Shown here: positions 24,706 to 30,710 of the stretch, in pieces
Layout: each line of letters opens with the position of its first letter
Position numbering within the stretch: position 1 is the stretch's first letter
Source: a virus
Taxonomy: Duplodnaviria > Caudoviricetes
DNA: 30,710 nt
Virus record (IMG/VR): IMGVR_UViG_3300017754_001551
Location: 1 to 30,710 of that record
Direction: 5' to 3' (one strand)
The notes under the pieces: model-generated
Database searches by the model: none
What the model was told of the DNA's origin: nothing
Seen by the model: only the letters and a program-made list of their open reading frames with translations
Made by a program: the position numbers and the translations under genes

Positions 24706-24884
24706 AAAACCGCGAGATGCACGACGTGCTGGCGTTTGTGATGGCGCAGCTGCGCACGGAAATCGAATCGGCTGACAAACAGGAGAGCAGGACCGCATGG
24801 TTGAACAACTCGCTGTTGCATTTGATCGAGGCCAGGCACGCCTTGGACCGCGCAGGAGCGCAAACGTGGGCACGAGAGAGCTAG
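24702..24884 (+). CDS. Hypothetical small helical protein
   Basis: GTGA-coupled to rusA with a GGGGG RBS; 60 aa. Confidence 0.6.
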   Translation: MKNREMHDVLAFVMAQLRTEIESADKQESRTAWLNNSLLHLIEARHALDRAGAQTWARES

Positions 24885-25231
24885 AGCGCGGCCATGGGCG
24901 CCTACGGAACTGGGCCGACTGGGCACTGGCGTACAGCGCACGCACCGGGTATCCGCAGGCCAGCGCCTTCGCGAGACTGTACCGGCCAGAGGCTGGAGAC
25001 GTCTGGGACGGCATCGAGCCCGACGAGGCCAGAACCGTGGCCGACGAGTCCGATGCGGAACAGGTCGAGCGGTTTGTGCGCAGGTTGCCACTGGCGAACC
25101 GCCGGGTCGTCATGTCGTTCTACATCGGCCGGGAGTCGCCTGTGGTAGCCGCTCGCCGATTCGGCCATTCCCGGGAGCGTTTCTACATCCTGCTCGATGA
25201 AGCTGCGGCTTGGTGCGGCGAGGTGACGTGA
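24866..25231 (+). CDS. Antiterminator Q-like late-gene regulator
   Basis: AGGAG RBS before GTG 24866; RLRNWADW N-terminus and C-terminal HTH-like AARRFGHSRERFYILLDEA; directly upstream of a promoter-terminator pair and the terminase genes. Confidence 0.65.
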   Translation: MGTRELERGHGRLRNWADWALAYSARTGYPQASAFARLYRPEAGDVWDGIEPDEARTVADESDAEQVERFVRRLPLANRRVVMSFYIGRESPVVAARRFGHSRERFYILLDEAAAWCGEVT

Positions 25232-25235
25232 TTGC

Positions 25236-25263
25236 TTGCAAGCCGGCTTCATTCGGCTACAAT
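25236..25263 (+). promoter_or_regulatory. Late promoter (pR'-like)
   Basis: TTGCAA, 16 nt, TACAAT immediately after the Q-like stop codon; the spacer holds an imperfect inverted repeat agccgg...tcggct. Confidence 0.7.
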
Positions 25264-25293
25264 TAGTCCGGGGCGAAGCTATGCCCGAAATCT

Positions 25294-25320
25294 GCCGGCC
25301 ATGTGCCGGTTTTTTTGTTT
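25294..25320 (+). terminator. Intrinsic terminator (tR'-like) ~30 nt after the late promoter
   Basis: gccggc-catgt-gccggt hairpin followed by ttttttgttt. Confidence 0.75.
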
Positions 25321-25374
25321 CTGGGCTGGGCTACCCCGGCTACAGGAGGCTGCGCAAACAGCGCAGAGTTGCGC

Positions 25375-25623
25375 ATGGGCGGAAAAACCAAAACCAGCGG
25401 GCAGGGTAGGCCGAAGGGCGTACCCAACCGCAACACGCAGGCCGTGAAGGACATGATCCTCGAGGCTTTGTCAAAAAAGGGCGGCGCCGACTATCTGGCC
25501 CGTCAGGCCGATGAAAACCCGGCTGCCTTCATGACTCTTGTGGGAAAAGTTCTGCCGCTGCAGGTCACTGGTGACGGCGGTGGCGCGCTAGCAGTGACAT
25601 GGCTGCCGCCCAGCGAGTCATAA
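25375..25623 (+). CDS. terS: Terminase small subunit
   Basis: Start at ATG 25375; GRPKGVPN..T..VKDMILEAL...GG.DYL...A.ENPAAFMTLVGKVLP; overlaps terL. Confidence 0.8.
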   Translation: MGGKTKTSGQGRPKGVPNRNTQAVKDMILEALSKKGGADYLARQADENPAAFMTLVGKVLPLQVTGDGGGALAVTWLPPSES

Positions 25624-26909
25624 CGATCCCATATTCGCCCCGCCGCGCGTTCCTGCCGCTCCACAGGCGGTCCCAGCGCTGGGCTGTAGTGGTTGCCCAC
25701 CGCCGAGCCGGCAAGACGGTGGCGTGCATCAATGAACTGATTGCGAAGGCCATTCAAAAGCCGGGTGGCCGGTTCGCGTATGTCGCGCCGTTCTTTCGCC
25801 AGGCTAAGGCGGTGGCGTGGGATTACCTCAAAACGTTTTCTCGCCCGCTGCCGGGGCTGAGCATCAATGAGGCTGAGCTTCGGGTTGATTTCCCAAACGG
25901 CGCGCGCATCCAGTTGTTCGGCGCAGACAATGCTGACGCGCTGCGAGGGCTCGGCTTCGACGGGCTGGTGGCTGACGAATACGGCGACTGGAAACCCTCG
26001 GTTTGGGGCTACGTCATTCGCCCCGCGCTGGCCGACAAGTCCGGCTGGGCGATCGTCATAGGAACGCCCAAAGGCCGGAACAGTTTCTACGAGCTGTACC
26101 GCGACGCGAAAGCCAGCCCCGACTGGTTCGCTGCCGAGATCAAGGCCAGCGAGTCCGGCCTGCTGCCCGCTGCTGAACTCGACGCACTGCGTACTGAGTT
26201 GACCGACGACGCGTGGCGCCAAGAAATGGAATGCGACTTCGACGCCGCACTCCCGGGCGCCATATTTGGCAAGGAGCTGTACGAGCTGGAGAACTCCGGG
26301 CGGTTGCGGACCGGGCTCTACGACCCAGCGCTTCCCGTACATGCGGTACTCGATTTGGGTTATAGCGACGACACCGCTATCTGGTGGTTTCAGGCCCGCA
26401 ACGAGCTGCGTTTGATCGACTGCTATTCGTCGAACGGTATGCCGATCGCGCATTACAACGACGTTTTGCAGGCCAAGCGCTGGAAATACGGCGAATGGCT
26501 TTGGCTGCCACACGACGCCAGGGCCAAGTCGCTGCAGACTGGTCGCAGCATCGAGGAGCAGTTCCGTAGCCTCGGCTGGAAGCCGCGCATTGTCCCTGAA
26601 CTTGGGCTGGTCGACGGCATACAGGCCGCGCGCCTGACGCTGGCCGACGCGCAGGCAGACGAGGCGTGCCGTGAAGGCCTCGACGCGCTGAAGCAGTACC
26701 AGCGCGAGTTCGACGAGGACAAAAAGTGCTTCAGGGACCGACCACGGCATGATTGGACGTCGCACTACGCCGACGCCTTCCGCTATGCCTGTTTGGTCTG
26801 GCGCGAGGAAATGAAACCGAAATCGGCGCCAGCTGCGCGGTTTCCTGAGCATCGAACGATCAACGAAATGATTCGCCGGCAAACACGTCGCCGGCTTGAG
26901 GATGCATAA
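25599..26909 (+). CDS. terL: Terminase large subunit
   Basis: Walker A HRRAGKT, Walker B LVADE, coupling motif GTPKG, and nuclease motifs DLGYSD, LPHDA and HYADAFRY. Confidence 0.95.
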   Translation: MAAAQRVITIPYSPRRAFLPLHRRSQRWAVVVAHRRAGKTVACINELIAKAIQKPGGRFAYVAPFFRQAKAVAWDYLKTFSRPLPGLSINEAELRVDFPNGARIQLFGADNADALRGLGFDGLVADEYGDWKPSVWGYVIRPALADKSGWAIVIGTPKGRNSFYELYRDAKASPDWFAAEIKASESGLLPAAELDALRTELTDDAWRQEMECDFDAALPGAIFGKELYELENSGRLRTGLYDPALPVHAVLDLGYSDDTAIWWFQARNELRLIDCYSSNGMPIAHYNDVLQAKRWKYGEWLWLPHDARAKSLQTGRSIEEQFRSLGWKPRIVPELGLVDGIQAARLTLADAQADEACREGLDALKQYQREFDEDKKCFRDRPRHDWTSHYADAFRYACLVWREEMKPKSAPAARFPEHRTINEMIRRQTRRRLEDA

Positions 26910-27680
26910 ATGCCGGCCGGAATAGATCCGCAGGACATTTTCCAGAACGGGCAGTGGTACAGCCGCGGAGGCTTGCCTATCGTCCCGCAGATGCTGTCTC
27001 TGTCCAGTGTTCCCGTTGGCATTGGGTCGTCCGGTTCGGTGGCCGCAAACGGCGCAGTGACGTTAACCACCGCCATGGCTCTGACGTACCCCAGCATCTG
27101 GCTGTACTTCCCCGCCGGCGCTTTGTTCGCCGCCAGTTCGGCGGGTTTCTACTATTGCACCATGTCGTCAACGACTGCGGCGCAGGCCTACAACATTCGG
27201 CTGACCTCTGGCGCGCCCTACTTGCCGTCCGCTGCTGATTTGGCTGCAGGCGCAATTGTTGCTGCTGGTCCTGGGGCATATACGCAGACGACATCTACGC
27301 AGCTGGACGCGATTACCATTAGCATCCCCGGCGGAACGATGGGGCCGAATGGAATGCTCATGCTCACAAACGAAGCGACAGCCCCATCCAACGCGAACGC
27401 CAAGGCTATCTGGCACACGTTCGGCGGTTCGTCGTTGTCAAACGTGACCCTCATCAACACATCGACGGTTGCCAGGCTTAAGAAGGTGGTGGCGAACCGT
27501 GGCGTACAGAACCAGCAGTATGTGAGCCCATTAAACAGCCAAATCGTGGCAACCGGAGCTCCAACTCTGCTGACGGTGGATTCGTCCGTTGCGCAAAACA
27601 TCGTCACGCGCGTCCAGCTAACGGTGGCAACCGATTATCTGGTTATTGAAAGCCAGCTGCTCGAAGCGTTGCCGGCCTAG
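26910..27680 (+). CDS. Putative virion accessory beta-rich protein inserted between terL and portal
   Basis: 256 aa, Ala/Ser/Thr/Gly rich, GAGG RBS; abuts both neighbours. Confidence 0.6.
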   Translation: MPAGIDPQDIFQNGQWYSRGGLPIVPQMLSLSSVPVGIGSSGSVAANGAVTLTTAMALTYPSIWLYFPAGALFAASSAGFYYCTMSSTTAAQAYNIRLTSGAPYLPSAADLAAGAIVAAGPGAYTQTTSTQLDAITISIPGGTMGPNGMLMLTNEATAPSNANAKAIWHTFGGSSLSNVTLINTSTVARLKKVVANRGVQNQQYVSPLNSQIVATGAPTLLTVDSSVAQNIVTRVQLTVATDYLVIESQLLEALPA

Positions 27681-27681
27681 A

Positions 27682-30099
27682 ATGGAACCCGTCGAACTCG
27701 AAAAAGTCACCGACCTCGGCACGTCGCCGCAGGCGGTGGCGCGCCGCTGGAAGCTGGAGCTGAAGCTGGCGGCCAAGCGCGAGGAAGCGTGGCGCAAAAA
27801 GGCGCGCGACGTTTGCGAGTTATACACGCCGGACAACCCGGTTGCGAATTCGTTCAACATCCTCTGGACCAACACCGAGACCCTGCGCCAAGCCGTCTAC
27901 AACTCGCTGCCGCAGCCGCAGGTTCGCCGCCGGTACAACGACGAGGACATGGTCGGTCAGGCCGTCTCGCAGGTTCTGCAGCGTTCGCTGGAGTTCTGTC
28001 AGGAGGCCTATGATTTTGATGGCGTGATCAAGGGCGACGTGCTTGCCATGCTGCTCCCGGGCCGCGCGGTGTCCCGCGTCCGCTATGTTCCTAGCCTTCG
28101 CCAGATGCCCGCAGAACAGCCGGAGTCCGAGGGCGAGGACTACGAGGCTGAAGACGAGGATGAGGGCGAGGACAGCGCAGAAGCCACGGTTGAGGAGGGC
28201 GAGGAAGTCGACTGGGAACAGGTCGTCGTCGAGCGCGTCCAGTGGGACGATTTTCGCTGCTCCGATGGTCGGGTGTGGGACGATGTTTGTTGGGTGGCGT
28301 TCCGCCATCACCTGAGCCGCGACGAGCTTGAGGACAAGTTCGGCGACGTCGGGATGCGCGTGCCGCTGAACTCAGTGGCCGACGATGACGTCAAGGCCTA
28401 CGAAATGGAGGCGCTTTTCCGCACCGCCGAGGTGTGGGAAATCTGGGACCGCGACGAAAAGGAAGTCATCTGGATTGCCCAGGGCTACCCGGTCCCGCTC
28501 AAGGTTCAGGACGACCCGCTCGGCCTGCAGGGCTTTTACCCATGCCCGCGCCCGCTCTACGCCATCGAGCAGCACGACACGCTGGTGCCGTCTACGCTGT
28601 TCTCGCAGTACGAGCAGCAGGCGCGAGAACTGAACCGCATCAGCCGGCGCATCAACAGTCTGGTCGAGGCGCTGCGTGTTCGTGGCATTTATGACGCGAC
28701 GCTGACGGAACTCAGCGAGCTGATGAAGGCCGGCGACAACGAATTAGTGCCGGCAGCGAACGTGACCGCTCTGCTTGAGCGTGGCGGTCTCGACAAGGCC
28801 ATCTGGTTCATGCCGATGCAGGTGGCGGCTGGCGTGCTCCAGCAGTTGTATGCGCAGCGTGAGCAGTGCAAGGCGGTGATTTACGAGATTACCGGGATTG
28901 CCGACATCATGCGGTCGGCGACCAACCCAGCCGAGACTTTCGGCGCGCAGCGGCTCAAAACGCAGTGGGGAACCCAGCGTCTGCAGCGGCTGCAACGCGA
29001 AACGCAGCGCTACATCCGCGACATTTTGCGCCTGAAGGCAGAAATCATTGCCGAAAAGTTCCAGCCGGAAACGCTGAAACAAATGACGCTGGTGGATTTG
29101 CCCACGGACGCCGATGTGCAGCGCGAACTGGCGCAGCAGATGCAGCAGTACCAGATGGCTGCCATGCAGGCTGCGCAACAGGGCCAGCCGCCGCCCCCGC
29201 CGCCGCAGCCGCCTCAGGTCGTGACGTGGGAGCTTGCGATCGAGACGATGCGCAATGACTCCGCCAGGACCTATCGCATTGACATCGAGACCGACAGCAC
29301 GCTGGGCGCCTCGCAGGATGAAGACGTTGCCGGGATTGCGCAGCTGATGGGCGGCGTTTCGCAGCTGATTCAGGGCCTCGGTCCAGCGGTTGCATCTGGC
29401 ATGATGCCGAGCGAAGCGGTCAAGGAAATCGTCATGGCGGCGGTCCGGCGCGCTCGCATGGGCAGTGCCGTTGAGATGGCGCTGTCGAAAATGCAGCCCC
29501 CGGCGCCTCCGCAGGACAACGCAGGGCAGGCTGAGCAACAGAAACTGCAGATGCAGGCCGAGCAGCACGCTGCAGAGTTGCAACAGCAGGCGCAGCTTGA
29601 GCAGATGAAGGCGCAGCTCTCGATCCAGACCGAACAGGCCAAGCAGCAGGCGCAGGCCGAGCAGGCGGCGCAGGAAAACGAACTGCAGGCTCAGCGCGAA
29701 CTGCAGAAACAGCAGCTGCAGGCCGAGCTGGACCAGCGCAAGGCGGAACTCGACGCCATGGCCACGCAACAGCAGATGGAGTTTGAGCGATGGAAATCGG
29801 AGCTGGAAGCGTCTACGCGGATAGTTATAGCAGAGATTGGCGCGGGCTCGCGCGGCGATGGGATGACGGAGCCAATGCGTCCGACGACCAGCTATCTGGG
29901 GTCGATGGTGGGCGACGCCGTGAAGGCTGCGAATGCCGAGGTTGTCGGTGCGCTGGGCCAGCAGATGGCGATACAGGCGCAGCAGAACGCCGCCAGCGTC
30001 GCCGCGATGATTGAAGGCCTTAGCAGGCTGGTCGAAGGCATGAATCGCCCGAAACGCATTGTGCGTGGCCCTGACGGGCGGGCGCTGGGGGTTGAGTAG
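27682..30099 (+). CDS. Portal protein with long Gln/Ala-rich C-terminal coiled coil (P22-like barrel)
   Basis: Start at ATG 27682; FNILWTNTETL..AVY, FYPCPRPL, IYEITGIADIMR and YRIDIETDST motifs; follows the terminase. Confidence 0.9.
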   Translation: MEPVELEKVTDLGTSPQAVARRWKLELKLAAKREEAWRKKARDVCELYTPDNPVANSFNILWTNTETLRQAVYNSLPQPQVRRRYNDEDMVGQAVSQVLQRSLEFCQEAYDFDGVIKGDVLAMLLPGRAVSRVRYVPSLRQMPAEQPESEGEDYEAEDEDEGEDSAEATVEEGEEVDWEQVVVERVQWDDFRCSDGRVWDDVCWVAFRHHLSRDELEDKFGDVGMRVPLNSVADDDVKAYEMEALFRTAEVWEIWDRDEKEVIWIAQGYPVPLKVQDDPLGLQGFYPCPRPLYAIEQHDTLVPSTLFSQYEQQARELNRISRRINSLVEALRVRGIYDATLTELSELMKAGDNELVPAANVTALLERGGLDKAIWFMPMQVAAGVLQQLYAQREQCKAVIYEITGIADIMRSATNPAETFGAQRLKTQWGTQRLQRLQRETQRYIRDILRLKAEIIAEKFQPETLKQMTLVDLPTDADVQRELAQQMQQYQMAAMQAAQQGQPPPPPPQPPQVVTWELAIETMRNDSARTYRIDIETDSTLGASQDEDVAGIAQLMGGVSQLIQGLGPAVASGMMPSEAVKEIVMAAVRRARMGSAVEMALSKMQPPAPPQDNAGQAEQQKLQMQAEQHAAELQQQAQLEQMKAQLSIQTEQAKQQAQAEQAAQENELQAQRELQKQQLQAELDQRKAELDAMATQQQMEFERWKSELEASTRIVIAEIGAGSRGDGMTEPMRPTTSYLGSMVGDAVKAANAEVVGALGQQMAIQAQQNAASVAAMIEGLSRLVEGMNRPKRIVRGPDGRALGVE

Positions 30100-30665
30100 T
30101 GGCTGACAACGTAGGTTATACGCCAGGGTCCGGCGCAATCGTTGCGGCTGATGACATTGGTGGCGTGCTGCACCAGCGCGTCAAATTGGCGCTCGGCGCA
30201 GACGGCACCAACGACGGCGACCTGTCAGCCACCAACCCGATGCCGGTGACGGGCAGCGTTGCCGTAACGACCGCGACCCCTCTCGACGTCACTGCCAGTA
30301 CGCCGCTCGAGGTCACTGCCAGCACGCCGCTTGATGTCGACGTCACCAACGTGGTCGAGGCGACGATTCCCAATGGCGAATTGATCGAGGCCCTTGAGGC
30401 CATGCGAATGGCCGTGCATTCGCTGACGCGCTCCATTGGCCAGACGATGCCAGACGTCGCCGGCAGAATGCGAATCGCGCTCGACGCCATCTCCGCCTCG
30501 CTGACACTGGCCACGGTCACGACAGTGGGCACGGTGACGACCGTCACAACGTGCTCGACATTGACCAACCAGACGCAGCTGGGCGGCAACCCGGCATTTG
30601 AACAAATCCCGGCGCTGATGCGCCTTGGCGCGGACAGCCTGCGCCGAAACATTGTGGTGAGCTAA
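30099..30665 (+). CDS. Putative virion accessory / head-fibre-like protein
   Basis: GTG start overlaps the portal stop; AADDIGGVLHQRVKL..GADG....LSATNPMPV N-terminus and Thr/Val repeats. Its 3' end is also represented at 1..78. Confidence 0.65.
   Translation: MADNVGYTPGSGAIVAADDIGGVLHQRVKLALGADGTNDGDLSATNPMPVTGSVAVTTATPLDVTASTPLEVTASTPLDVDVTNVVEATIPNGELIEALEAMRMAVHSLTRSIGQTMPDVAGRMRIALDAISASLTLATVTTVGTVTTVTTCSTLTNQTQLGGNPAFEQIPALMRLGADSLRRNIVVS
30276..30338 (+). repeat. 24-bp degenerate tandem repeat (~2.6 copies), TPL[DE]VTAS
   Basis: acccctctcgacgtcactgccagt / acgccgctcgaggtcactgccagc / acgccgcttgatgtc. Confidence 0.85.
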
Positions 30666-30710
30666 TGGCAACGACAAACGGCAATCGCGCGATTCTTGAC
30701 CTCAAGCGTT
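30588..30710. repeat. Terminal direct repeat, right copy (identical to 1-123)
   Basis: Direct base-by-base comparison of the two ends. Confidence 0.97.

Noticed and set aside
25503-26882. Long - strand ORF antisense to terL (likewise 3590..4675 and 28744..30138)
   Set aside because: These are shadow ORFs from GC-rich codon bias opposite well-supported genes, with no protein motifs.

Overview
The window is a complete, circularly assembled ~30.6 kb tailed-phage genome with podovirus architecture, probably infecting a Proteobacterium (inference). Bases 1-123 are identical to 30588-30710, so the unit length is 30,587 bp. It has two transcription arms that diverge from a 400-bp gene-free region (23105-23504). 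The leftward arm (- strand, 23104->17779) encodes an ERF recombinase, a YqaJ exonuclease, DUF551, SSB, several HTH proteins and a protein resembling only the C-terminal half of a replication initiator. The rightward arm (+ strand) encodes a Cro-like HTH, small basic proteins, RusA and a Q-like antiterminator with a lambda-style late promoter/terminator. It continues with TerS, TerL, portal, scaffold, major capsid protein, tail tubular proteins, ejection proteins, a tail fibre, a lysis cassette and a metallophosphoesterase. I recognised no integrase, ParA, DNA polymerase, primase, helicase, tRNA, CRISPR or reverse transcriptase. The most striking unexplained element is a ~230-nt, highly structured non-coding RNA candidate (23245-23477) with GAAA-tetraloop hairpins and a long-range closing helix, behind its own sigma70-type promoter. 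Also notable are a hidden antisense membrane micro-gene in the virion module, a probable deletion scar, and a + strand terminator buried in the - strand arm. All family assignments come from motif recognition by eye; no database search was run.
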